The notes beneath the pieces were generated by a model. It did no database searches and was not told the origin of the DNA. It saw nothing but the letters and a program-made list of their open reading frames with translations. A stretch of DNA of 64,000 nt from Phoronis australis. Taxonomy: Eukaryota > Animalia > Phoronida. The position numbers and the translations under genes are program-made. How positions within the stretch are numbered: position 1 is the first letter of the stretch; each line of letters begins with the position of its first letter. Positions 24,837 through 37,072 of this stretch are shown piece by piece. The DNA lies in assembly GCA_002633005.1 (NCBI GenBank), contig NMRA01000036.1:570832-634831 (forward strand), read 5' to 3'.

Positions 24837-25995
24837 AGGCGAAGGCAACATTTTTCCATGTCATTTTGAGCTAAAATAAGGTTGGTTGGTTATCCTAGAC
24901 ATATTTTCCACTTAATTACAGCTTTTCGTAATTTTATGAATTACTCGTCCGCTACTCCGGAAGTGACGTTTTAGGAGGCAAGCATTTCGCGCCAACTTCT
25001 TTTCATATAGTCTGACTGTGAGAGCTGCCGAGTCAGTCATTGTTCTACCTCGGTTGTGTTAAGTTCCGTCGTCGTTTGCTTTCATTTACTAGTCAGTCAA
25101 CATGCCACACTGTTGCTGCGTACCAGGATGTACTAATTATCGGCTCACGCGCGCTTTNNNNNNNNNNNNNNNNNNNNNNNNNNNNNNNNNNNNNNNNNNN
25201 NNNNNNNNNNNNNNNNNNNNNNNNNNNNNNNNNNNNNNNNNNNNNNNNNNNNNNNNNNNNNNNNNNNNNNNNNNNNNNNNNNNNNNNNNNNNNNNNNNNN
25301 NNNNNNNNNNNNNNNNNNNNNNNNNNNNNNNNNNNNNNNNNNNNNNNNNNNNNNNNNNNNNNNNNNNNNNNNNNNNNNNNNNNNNNNNNNNNNNNNNNNN
25401 NNNNNNNNNNNNNNNNNNNNNNNNNNNNNNNNNNNNNNNNNNNNNNNNNNNNNNNNNNNNNNNNNNNNNNNNNNNNNNNNNNNNNNNNNNNNNNNNNNNN
25501 NNNNNNNNNNNNNNNNNNNNNNNNNNNNNNNNNNNNNNNNNNNNNNNNNNNNNNNNNNNNNNNNNNNNNNNNNNNNNNNNNNNNNNNNNNNNNNNNNNNN
25601 NNNNNNNNNNNNNNNNNNNNNNNNNNNNNNNNNNNNNNNNNNNNNNNNNNNNNNNNNNNNNNNNNNNNNNNNNNNNNNNNNNNCAATCCCTAAATCCAAC
25701 GTAGTTGAGTTCTCTACTAACCTATCTTGCCGCAGAATACTCGCCGATGGAAAGTGGTGGCGACAATTGTTGAAAAAGAGCACAAAACAAAAGTAGAATA
25801 GAACAGATTCGCACGGTAAAGTCAACGCAAAACCAAGTGGCGGGAAACGCTTGTGTCCTAAAACGTCACTTCCGGAGTAGCGGACGAGTAATTTATAAAA
25901 TTACGAAAAGCTGTAACTAAGTGGAAAATATGTCTAGGATAACCAACCAACCTTATTTTAGCTCAAAATGACATGGAAAAAGGTTGCCTTCACCT
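24837..25995 (+). mobile_element. Kolobok-like non-autonomous DNA transposon, copy 1, with a THAP-domain start
   Basis: TTAA on both sides (24833-24836 and 25996-25999), AGG...CCT termini and TIRs of about 160 bp. The ATG at 25102 opens MPHCCCVPGCTNYRLT (THAP N-terminus) before the gap. Confidence 0.85.
25158..25683. other. Assembly gap (N run)
   Basis: Ns in the sequence. Confidence 1.
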
Positions 25996-26199
25996 TTAAG
26001 CAGGTCACAGTTCATTGTTATACACCTAGCCAGTACACGTCACGTGCTGGAAGACTGATACGAAACCAAGTAAAAATGGATAACAAAAATCGAATCGGTG
26101 GTTAAAGCATGTCGTTAGCATGAGATCGAAACATCGAAGTGCCAATTTATTAATTGAATTAAGGAATTAGGGTGAGGAATTTTCTCTTTTCACAACTTG

Positions 26200-28400
26200 T
26201 TGTGTTCATGACCACAGAGGCCTGAGGCGTCTCCTAGCATTAGTTTCAACGCCAACGGTCGTGTGCATGTAGAAACACAACTCCCTTAGGATCAAAACCA
26301 CATTTTGTTTTTTTCCCGCCGCCATTCTATCATAAGTACACCTCGTTGACTCAATGTTATGGCGACCTTGTGAATGAAGGGACTGAGGGTATCCGAAGCT
26401 GTTCTTTACCTGGCGAGTGATTGGGTTTGATTGAAAGTCCTTTAACCTTTGATCTCGGATAAGTAGTAAACAAATATCCACGCGGTTGTGCTGTTCCAAG
26501 GTGGTTCTGCTTTTTTTTCTCGCTACGCGGTATATATTTTGTATTTGAAGTTCCCCGAGAGGAAAGATAATGTATGAAATATTATAAAAATGGCCAATTT
26601 TCGTGAATAAGGTTTGAGGGATCCTTAAGTAAATCAAAACCACTAGCAGAGAGTAAACTTGATTCCCTTTCAAAACAGTCTCTCTGAACTGATTTAATTA
26701 TCTCAAATTCTACGTTGTCTATTTCAGACAAAACAGCTGCTGTCTGTTTTAGCTTCTCGAGCTCGGTCAAATGTTTTCTTCAATGTTCTCAAGAATTTCT
26801 TAATTCAAATGAAAGTGGAGCATCCCAGTCCGCTTTCTCAGACGACATTCTCTGTAACAGCCACTATATCCTTAAAGCTCGTTCTATATGCAAAGAATCA
26901 TGCAGCAAATGCAAATTTTTAAGACCTGACGAGCGATCATCAGGATCAATAGCCTTCATTACATTCTTGGAGTTGGAAATACATTTTTGCTACCGTAAAC
27001 CACCACTCTTGCAGAGTTCTTTGGTATTATCAATCAGGTCAACTGCTTCTTGTTCTAAACTAACAGACATTAAGCCACCATCAACATAAAACGTGTTCTT
27101 CACAAATTTGGAAGCTTTAACGCCAAATTCTGCTTCACCATCAATAGCAGTTTTTGAAGCTGTAATTTCCCCAACCCGAAGACAAAGTTTGTCGAAATAA
27201 ATTCATTTTCATACGAAATTCAGTTTGTGATCTGTCAACATCATTATCCTCCCACCATAAAAGTCTCATTCAAGAATTTGTTATTTTTCTCCACGTAGAA
27301 CTTAACTGGCGAGACATCGACTCAAGGTCGCAGACAAATGCTTATGGTTCTTGTCTGAATCTACATAAAAAGCCAATAAAATCATTAGTCAGATTTAGTC
27401 CAGAAAGAAAATGATCATTGAGAGACCTTGGCACTACAGCCAAAAATCACGCATGGTTTATCTGGTTTTACCATGGTAAACACCGTGATGTGGAAGGTAA
27501 TTCCTGTCGTCACCACCTAACTCTGCTTCTGGGCCTTTCTCAGCAAATTTAGAAAAAAAGTCATCCAGAAACCTAAAGAAATCATTTCTATAATAATCTG
27601 ACTAAGACGATGTTCAAGTAACCGCGGCAAGGAACAATCAACACTCTACAATCCTGCATAACAAGGTTAGATGCTTTAAATGGCAACGGCATTACATAAT
27701 GACCGTCATTACGCTGACGTATGCCTCATTTTAATATCTCAAGAAATTTCATGTCATTCTAAGACAGCAAATCCTCTTCTTGACAAAGTCGAGTTCCACC
27801 AACTTAACTGGGTGGGTTTTCACTCACTGAAGAGGTCAAGCTAATCTGAATTATGAACAAAACATCAAGAACACGAGGGTTAATATCACGTGATGAACGC
27901 AGATACTCAGGAGGACCAAAAGTCATAACTCTGTGGGTAACTCATAATAAGTTTTAGTGTCTATTATGCCAACTATGCCCCAACCCAAGTCAGTTCTCTG
28001 TCCAAATGGACCACCTCCGGTGTTCGCAGAAGGCCCGAAGACAGTAATACCTTATCAAAAGTCATATTTCACAGTCACAAGCTCATGAAAAATACTATGC
28101 AAATGCGGCCACTGTTCCGCCACACCGGGGGATGGTATGTGGGAAAGATTAGCCACAATCACCTGAAGGTTAAACTTAGTAGGGAGTCTGAACAATTGAA
28201 CCCAAGCCCAGACAAACCCTCTAATCGATTAGTGTCAATCCTCATTTTTGACAACCACAATATTGATTTAACACCAGAACACCTAAAGATTTGCATGCGT
28301 TTCTCTGAATAACACAAGTTGCCTTGGTAAGGTGTATCCAATAACGCGTAGATAATTAACTAATTGTCGGCGGTGTCATAATGTGGCGGGCACTGCCTTC
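26200..28400 (-). mobile_element. Degenerate BEL/Pao LTR retrotransposon pol (protease, RT, deleted RNase H/integrase remains)
   Basis: Minus strand: IYALLDT (protease, about 28340), NYLPHHGVYH and LNDHFLSGLNLTNDFIGFLCRFRQE (about 27350-27505), VKNTFYVDGGLMSV..LCKSGGLR..ISNS..IERAL (about 26870-27105). Many stops and deletions, no LTRs recognised. Confidence 0.9.
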
Positions 28401-28902
28401 CAAAGGCTTAGACAACGCATTATTTTCTCAGCATCAGACTTAAGCTCATCATTTCTTTCAGTAATGTGTGATTGGGTTTAGCATAAGCGAAACAACCTTT
28501 GACCAACTATCAGACTTCTGATTGTTTTGCCATCTCAGATTTGGAAGGGATCGAATAGTCTTTCACCATGGAGACGCACAGGGTGGCACCGTTTGCAAGT
28601 GTTTCACTGGAGTATGTTCTTGCAACCTTCAAAAATGTGACCCTCGTTGTAACACCCGAAACAAAGACGCTTGTCACCAATGAAAGGTTTACGGGCTTTG
28701 AACAAGTAATTTACCACAATTACTCGAACGATGCAAACCACCATAAAACAGACAATTGCTTGATTTACTTTCGAATTTGTTACTCGTGCGCATACTGCCT
28801 TTTTAGTTAGATTATTAAACGCTTGATTTTGATGTTATTGTCTTGTTTGCTTGATACGAAGTTATTGGGTTATAGGCAATTATTTACTTCGTTTACAACT
28901 GT

Positions 28903-29933
28903 TAGCCAGCATTGCGCAGGGGGTGGTTCCAATTTCTGGTACGGTGGACCTTTGATATTTTACAAAGATCGATACTGTTTTGTTTTCAGTAAGGCAGCTT
29001 AATTAGGGGGAAGGGAAATCTGTATACACGCCGCAGCCCTGACCCGTGCCTCAGATGTTGCCCTGCTTGAGAATGCGTCGTTGGTTAGATCCAAGAATCA
29101 CGATTGGGAATGTTTGGAACTGAGCTCATTTGTAAACAATGTAGCCAATGTTTTGAGACACACGCTTTGAATAGTCACTACATGATGGACACAAATACAA
29201 TATTTTATTCATGTCACTTCCTACTTATTAGCAGACAATCAGAGTAATGAATTGTCGGAGTTCTGGTTTCGGAATTGTGGACATTCGAAGTAGTGAACTT
29301 TCGAAGATAGCGAACCTTCGGTGCAGGGAACCTTCGGAGTAATGGACTTTCAGAGTAGTGAATAGTGACATGTAACTTTGGAAATCTTTTCCATCAAATT
29401 TGTTACTAGTATGGAGCCTGTGTACCACTGACATAGATTGACAGGGGAATACTTTCTTCATTGACCGAAGTTTTTATTAGGTCTAGACCTAGTTTTCCCA
29501 AATTCTATGAACATGTTCGTTTCCTCAGTGCAAGAACACTCGGTAGTTAGTGCTTGATTTTTGTTTGAGCAACGACAGAGGACAGCCTATAGTGAACTTA
29601 CCGTCGGCGTGTACTGGATTTAAAAGAATGGAAGCACACACACACGTGTACACGCGCATGCATGTCAATCCACCAATCCAGTGGACATTGGATGAACATC
29701 AATCATTTGATGATCACCTTCAATTCGAAATTTGAAATGCCTGCACCTTAACATACTATGCTAGCATTGCAAATACACCGAAATAGCAGATAACAATCAT
29801 ATTTTCTGCAGTTTTGTTTCTTGGTCGATTTTAAGACATTCACGCCACACTACTTTTTTAGAGCTCTTTCGCTGCTTTAAAGCTTAGCTAGTTACAGATT
29901 TTACTGCTATACTCCCTTGTTATCCTACGGTGT
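28903..29933 (+). mobile_element. Family A, copy 3 (internally deleted, ends eroded)
   Basis: agccagcattgcgcagggggtggttc matches 1673 onwards. It jumps from the equivalent of about 1810 to about 3083, then follows 3083-3724 and 6218-6690 without the SINE or element B. Confidence 0.85.
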
Positions 29934-29934
29934 A

Positions 29935-30343
29935 TCGTTGGCCATACAGGTGAAAGTTACGACGTTAAATTACGTGTGTAAGATAATTGTTGATAGACGC
30001 GTAATTAATTGCGGCGCACAGAAATTATTTGTGGCGTAAAGTAATTATTTGCGGTGTAAAGTAATTACTTGCGGCGTAAGGAAAGTTTGTAGGACGTAAA
30101 ATAATTATTTGCGGCGTAAAAGTAACTTCTAGCGCTGCAAAAACTTACTTTAAGCCGTAATGTAATAATTACTTTACGCCGCAAATAATTACTGTACGCC
30201 GCAAATAGTTACTTTACGCCGTAAATAATTACTTTACGACGCAAATGATTACTTTACGCCGTAAATAATTACTTTACACATCTAACAAGAATTCACTTAC
30301 GCACGTAATTTAACGGCGTAACGTTCACCCATTTGGCGAACGA
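29935..30343. mobile_element. Foldback MITE with TIRs of about 48 bp and inverted arrays of a 20-bp unit (AATTATTTGCGGCGTAAAGT)
   Basis: tcgttggccatacaggtgaaagttacgacgttaaattacgtg / cacgtaatttaacggcgtaacgttcacccatttggcgaacga. The unit orientation flips near 30140. Confidence 0.9.
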
Positions 30344-30610
30344 TTAGTGTCTTGAGAACAATTGCAGTACTGCTGTGTGCCCGAACATCTTGGCTGCGTT
30401 TATGGTGGACTGGACTGTCATGGACAAGTGCGTATTTGGCAGCAACTTATTTCTTACATGTCTTATGAACTCCGTAACCAGAGAGGTTAAATGCAAATAT
30501 GAACTGTTCAAGTACAAGCAAACGGGAACGAAGTAAATATAACTGACGAAGTAACTCAATTAACAAAGTGCTAACAGTTATTATTATTTCCATTCACTTT
30601 ATACACTGTA

Positions 30611-30766
30611 CAGCGGCGGATTTAAAGGGGGCCAAGGGGGTCATGCTCCCCCCTAAAATTCTACCAGATTCCATTTGGCAGTTCAGGGGTACGAATGTCT
30701 GACGGGCAAAAGCTTGGCTAATTCTCTGCCCTGCCCCCCCAACTCAAAATCCTGGATCCGCCCTTG
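30611..30766 (+). mobile_element. hAT-like MITE family C of about 150 bp, copy 1
   Basis: CAGCGGCGGATT...GGATCCGCCCTTG. The body ttccatttggcagttc.gggg..cgaatgtctgac is shared with 35407 and 40983. Confidence 0.85.
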
Positions 30767-33140
30767 TTGACGTAATTTGGACCCGGAAATAAAAATAGAC
30801 GTGTCGTCACACTGGGTCCAAAACGTCATGATGACGTCATGCTAACCATTCCTATAAGCTTGTGTTAGCATTCGGTTAGTTATTTACCAAGGCCGCTAGT
30901 GCATATTTAATCTACTAACTGGTAAGCCGCTGGGAACATAACGATCCCGAATATAAGACCTTGGCAGTACACATACGCTGTTATACTGAACGATTGAAAA
31001 AAATAGTCAAGGTCGTAGCCATAACAATGGTTTTTCAGAAATGCATCTGTTAACTGAAAGCCGACAGAATTGTGTGCCATACAAAATTTTCGAATTACTG
31101 TTTTATTATTACCCTAACATTAAAATACCGGGAAAAACATCATCTACACCATTACGGTATCATTTTCTCTATTTTAGACTCCGTCCATCCTAAGGACTGC
31201 CAGGAGACGTGACTGGACTCCCGAAAGATCATGAAGACATAAATTTAGTTAGGCAATTATTTCTTCTTTTCATTTATATCTGCACTGTTCTAGCATCCAA
31301 TGACACAAATAAACAAATGACTGCACTGAGGTGTAATTTTAATAATAAGTACCTTCACGAAAGGTATATTCTGCTTACCCTAACAAAGTCCCTGGTGCTG
31401 CAAGTGCAACCGACTACTAAGGGGAAAGAATTAGTGTGAACGTCAGTTGTTCTGGAACAACTTGATACCCAAGGGAAATTGGCATCAAATTGTTCCAGAT
31501 AAAGGGGTTCTAGAGGTAGGCCTAAGACACAGCATAATTAAAGTAATAAGGTCAACTAAATTCGCGGGCAGTAACAGTCCCAAAGATAGGATTGATTGGG
31601 ATTTGGGGACCTCGCAGCCTACAATGTACCAATTTGAAACATATCATACCAAATCCTTATATTGAATGAATCTTGTGTTCCAAATCATTACATGAACAAT
31701 TTTTTTATTTTCATGATTATTGTCACATTTAGTGATCAATGGTTAGATTATTGAATTATCTTAATCACAGACTTTGACACCAGGAAACACATAAAATGGA
31801 AAGTCAAATACATTACCAACATTGAACATGAAATTAATCACACTTCCTGCAAGAACATTGCTCAAGATTGTACTATATAATTTTCAGTACTGCAGTAATC
31901 AAAAATCAGAAACCTGTCAGGTTGTTTTAGACACACATGCCTATATGTAAGGTTGCGCCTAGTTGCATATGCCTAAATACGTACATAGACGATAATTATT
32001 TCATATTCCAGTATTTTATACATCCAGTATTTCGCAAGCCAAGCATTTCATAATCGTACAACTTAGCGATTCAGTATTAAATTTAAAGAAAACGTTTTTG
32101 GTATAATTAAATATGTTTCAAGACATAGTCATTGTTTACTTATTTTCTGTTGATTTCACTCGAGACAAGGACTGATACTTCGAATCTTGTATCTTTGCGT
32201 TAACAAAGGGTAGAGTATGAATTCAATGCCCTTTACTAATTTGACCTCAGACAATAAAGTGACGTAAGAATAAAGAACGTCACCCTGACGCATTTTTCAT
32301 GGCTGCCTTTATGAAGACAAGTCGCTTCTAAAGTTCTAATGAAATATTAATTTTGCGAAAGATTATTATGGGTAAATTTCTTAAAAATCTTCGGGCATGT
32401 TTATCATGTCTTTTTTGTCAACTTTTGTGCGTGAAGAGTACAGCAGTGCACGACGACAAGAGTCTTGAAAATGAGGCAAGTAAAAATTCATCAAATGAGA
32501 AAAAATAGGCCATGGACTTGATTCCCTCTTGCAATATTTGCGAAAAATGCATAAAAGTTTATTTTCATAGTGTACCTATTCGAGAAGAGCTGTGGAAGAG
32601 TTTATGTTGAAATAGGAAAATTTGTTTGCGTTTTGTTTAATTTATAATTACTATACTTGTGTGTTTCCTATCGGCTGGCCGAGTTCATCATAAAACCGTT
32701 GAGAGTCTGGCGACGGATTTAATCGCCGGGTTAATGGGTTAAAGACCAGAAGTATAGTTATTCAAAATTTTAGGTTGTGGCTGATATTAATCTAAAGTAT
32801 GCTTGAATGGTGGCTATTCCTGGAAGACGGGGCAGGAAAGCAAACCTTCCGGCTGTCTACTCGAGCAATCGGCATTTCTAAAAATATTCAACTCATCTCG
32901 CACGGGAATCTATCATTCCATTCCGTACCAATGCTTTTTCTCATGACGTTATTCCTCCAATGTGCTTCGACTTTTCGTTACTTTTTCTAGCATACTCAGG
33001 AGATTAATCCTTAGTTTTTTTGTGCGCCGGCGTTGATCGGCTATACACGACACAGGTCTCAGCTATCTTCAAGGCGCCCTGTAACGAAACATCGAGCTGA
33101 TGAAGTCAACATCAAAGTTTCAGTAGAAGTATAAAATTGG

Positions 33141-34165
33141 CTAATTAGGAAAACTTACGAGTGAACGTACTGTTGCTTGAGGCTGGGCCAACAGGAAGCT
33201 GGAGAGGAAGTTGGACCCGGGGAAGGCCCGGTCGGGAGCGTTGGGTGGCCCTGTATCATGTGATGCTCGGGTGGGAACAATACAGGTCCTCCAGGTATGT
33301 TTTCCTGCACTGTTATGTAATGCAATCTCTTGTAGTAAAAGTATAGGATTGTCTGGTAAGTCGGTGTGGTATGGTGTCAGTAGAGGTGCCTGTAATGTAC
33401 AGCAACCACAACTCCGGCTCTATCGTACACCAGGGCGTGGCTGGGTTTCGAGCTCTGCGGGAGCGGTACTGCTCATCGTGAGGTATCCAAACTGTCCTCG
33501 TGGGCTGTTCCCCAAGTCGGAAGGGGGGATGAGCTTCAATGATTATGGAGGCAAATCCGGGAATAGCATCGGTCCCTTTCTCATTGATTCCGACTACCTT
33601 TTTCCCCCAACCCCTGCCACTCCTCTACCAGGGTCACGGCCCCCACGCGGGTTGTGGCGGTGGACAGGATTGTTCATCCATGAACAACCCTGCCCATGTG
33701 GCACATACTGAGCCACAACACCACGTTCCTTATAATATCTTTTTTATCACTCCGGCTGGTCTGCTCACTCAGCTTGTCCGGAACCCTGCTTTACAGGTTG
33801 TTATAGCCCAGTTGGCTGTTTGGTGTACCCACTTGGTACTTTATATGATATTTGCCCATTTGGCAGTTTGTACCCACTTGGTACTTGTTATTGAATTTGC
33901 CGTTTTGCTCGACCCAGTTGGTAGGCAATCGGCCAATACCCATTTGGTATTATGTACCCATTTGGTACTACGCTAACCTGTGCCACTTAGCATCCGATAC
34001 TCAGTTGTACTTTGGGTATCGGAAATGTGTGTGTGTTATGACTTGTAATTAAGGAACCCATCTGGTTCCTTCTGTCAAATAGTTATTTGTAGAGCTGTGA
34101 CCCTGAAATTCCCAATACAACTTAAAATATACATTGTTCTTGTTGTTTTATTTGTCCCCAATAAC
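33141..34165 (+). repeat. Unclassified dispersed element (retroelement-like) with recurrent GTACCCA(C/T)TTGGTA motifs; partial copy at 48685-49164
   Basis: 33756-34165 matches 48685-49088 on the minus strand, and 33141-33206 matches 49099-49164 on the plus strand. Confidence 0.8.
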
Positions 34166-34660
34166 TTTGACTGGAAACCTTTGTAAGGAATCGGTGATTT
34201 ATAGCAAAATCATAACGGATTTTTTTTAACTTCAAGAAGGCAATACTCCCCAGAATTTACCCCTAAAATATATTTTCAGGCAGTTAAACTGATTAATGAA
34301 AATGTTAACAAGCCAGTCCTATTTTTTCTTAACTTCTATTTGAAGAACAGTAAAATATTCATGCTAGAATATTCTTATATACAAACCATTATCTGGCTAT
34401 CAGACAAATTCGGTTTTCGTAACTTTTTTTCTGTCCTATTTCAAAATATCAAAAAGTCATTAAGTGGACACAGTTATTTTCTGTCGAACCATATCACCAT
34501 TTGACCATATCAAAACAGACTGCATAACATTAACTTACCTTTGAACCCACCTGTAGCAAGAGATTGATGACCGGTCAATTTTCTTGAAACGTTATCCAAA
34601 CATTACCCATTAAAACAGTTATAAGATTCTTTAGAGAGTGAATGAGATTTCTGTCCCAGA

Positions 34661-34816
34661 CAGTGGTGTAGTGGTAAAATTAGAGGTAAGTAGGCGCCCA
34701 AAGCCCAACGTATCACCTTGAGTACTGAACGTAACTTAAGGTGCGTAGGCGCTACGTTCAAATGCCAAAAGGTGGTTGGCTGCGCCTACGTGCGCCTACG
34801 CCCCACTACAGCATTG
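34661..34816. mobile_element. hAT MITE with 8-bp target duplication
   Basis: TIRs CAGTGGTGTAGTGG / CCACTACAGCATTG, with flanks GTCCCAGA and GTTTCAGA (6 of 8 match). Confidence 0.75.
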
Positions 34817-35406
34817 GTTTCAGACACAAAACGTGATTGAACGTGCTATGTCAACTTAACTGAGGACCGGTGCCATTGTCAGCTGAGACTAACGAAGGCA
34901 CAAACTGACAAATTGACAAATTGACTACAAACTGCTTTTGGAAACGAAATGATACTAGGGAGGGTTTTGCGAATGATAAAGACTACATTCATTCTGAAGC
35001 AAGAAGGGGGGGAGGTGGCGGAGAGGGACTAGTCCCTTAAACCAGCGTGACGTCATTCCCTGAAACGTATGCCGACCTATCATCCATTACTCCATAATGG
35101 ATATCCCTCGGTAGTCTGTATTTTTAAGACGGTGTCTTCGTCAAATTTCATAAATCAGCAACAGCGTTGAGGTGAGCAAGGTGCTTAGGCAAAAGAAAGT
35201 TTCATGTTGTGGACAATTGAATACTTTCTGCTCAGAACTACGGGACAGGTTTTCAAGTCAATGCAATCTCTTAACGTTTGCAGACGCCTGAATGAGTCCC
35301 GGCTAGTCCGTAGTAAAAATCGTCTTTTATTCTTAAAATCTGAGTCAGTAATTTTCAACAAGTTCAGAATTGCTTAAAATTGGTTCATTTTTTGTTAGGA
35401 CGTTCA

Positions 35407-35547
35407 CAGTAACAGATTTAGGGAGGGGGGCAAAAAAATTCACCCAGGTTCCATTTGGCAGTTCGGGGGTGCGAATGTCTGACGGGCACAATCCTGGCTA
35501 ACGCTCTGCCCTGACACCCCTAACTCAAAATCCTGAATCCGCTCCTG
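35407..35547 (+). mobile_element. MITE family C, copy 2, with 5-bp TSD
   Basis: Homologous to 30611-30766. GTTCA is duplicated at 35402-35406 and 35548-35552. Confidence 0.85.
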
Positions 35548-36956
35548 GTTCAGATTAGTAAAAAGTATATAAAAGATGTAATTTTGCATAATACACAAAA
35601 ACATTTTTAAAGTCAACCCAAGAACTAAAAACGTATCTAATATACTTTTCTTGACATGTGTTTCTTTGAAAGACGTTTTCAAACACTGAGGGACTATAGA
35701 TCTTATCCACCCAGTCGCCATTATAAAAGTGGGACTCTTTTTGGTTAAAAAAACAACGTATTTGAGACATAAATATTAACGAGGCATGCAAAAAAGTCAC
35801 ACTTTGCCCAGTGATTAAGCACGGAATGCATTGTTTTTAAAACCTAAAAAGAGGCTCACTTTTAAAATGTGAATAAGGTGCATTGACCTGCAAAATAGTG
35901 GAAACCATATTAATTACACTTTTTCAAACAGTTCCAGTTGTCCACAGAAGTTGTTGCGAACAAATCTACAAAAAATGTCACATTCGACGTGACAGACAGA
36001 AAGAAGTACAGAGTTAGACCTTCAAGTCTGCCGCAAGTCACAGTGCCGAATTTCTCGGTGAAACCCCCAGAGCTGTCGTTCGACTTCATGCAGCTGCTGG
36101 AGCCTGTTTCTCTCATACAGTTTTTGTCAGCGGGTTGAAATTGCTCACCGATGCCTTAGAGATGGGATACGCAAATCGCCCTAATCGTCTATTCCGTTCT
36201 GTACCGTACGTTTTCCATTAAGTTTTAATGTTTGTCGTCAAGTTGGGATATACTGCGGCGAGTTCTGTTGCAACGGGCGCGGTGTTAAATTAAAAATCAA
36301 GTATAGAACAATATCGTGCATTACCAAAACGAGGATAGGGATTCAGCGATTGGCGGTAAAGGACGGCATAATAAAGAGACAATATAGTTAAGCGTCCTAA
36401 GTAAACAATCTAGGCACAAGGATCTGTACTGTGGCAACTGAACCCTACATTCAAATAACATGGAGAAAAAATGACATCATCCCAGCATTGGTTCAAGTCT
36501 GAATCAAAGTGTAACACTACTAACTTCATGAAGAGGTTATGAGACAATTACATTCACGACCACGATAACAGGAAATCAATAAATCTCCCTTTATCCGTGT
36601 ATGCGAGACCAGTGTTAAAAACCATAATGACCAGCGAGAAAAAAGAATTACACTGAGGATCAAAGGAACTACAGGGTATTTTCGTTTCTGCGTCCCCTTG
36701 AAAGTGTGCTAAGGGGCGAACTGCCGTGCACAGACTTCCATTGGTCTAAGTTTATTAACTTTTATTCAATTGTTCTGTTTGTGTACTAGCAGATAGCACT
36801 TGATTGGCACGACCCATGAAGTCAGGACACTGGTGATGTAGTTTGTTTGCACTGGAATAGTAAGGATCCTTCTAGAAGATTTTAGTGATTAATTTAATCT
36901 GTAACATTCTTTGAAAATCCCTATGAACAGAGATCCTATACTTGATCTCCTTGCGG

Positions 36957-37072
36957 TGTACTCGGACCAGCCTTAGGGAATCCCTTGGTGTTCTTATTGC
37001 TTTTATTCCACAACGAAAGAGGGCGCACCTGTTGAAGAACCAAATCTATGAGACATGGACGAAACGACTGTG
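36957..37072 (+). repeat. Dispersed repeat, copy of 23331-23470
   Basis: Direct sequence similarity read by eye. Confidence 0.75.

Noticed and set aside
25040-25825. ORFs of 197-226 aa in the ORF track
   Set aside because: They are artefacts of translating the N gap. Only the THAP start at 25102 is meaningful.
29990-30290. CRISPR or iteron-like 20-bp repeats
   Set aside because: The units are contiguous without spacers and are arranged symmetrically inside a MITE.
32300-32742. piggyBac-like end (...gggttaatgggTTAA)
   Set aside because: No matching opposite terminus was found, so element boundaries cannot be supported.
33211-33976. Overlapping ORFs of 166 and 145 aa
   Set aside because: They lie in a GC-richer repeat and have no recognisable motifs, so they are likely chance ORFs.
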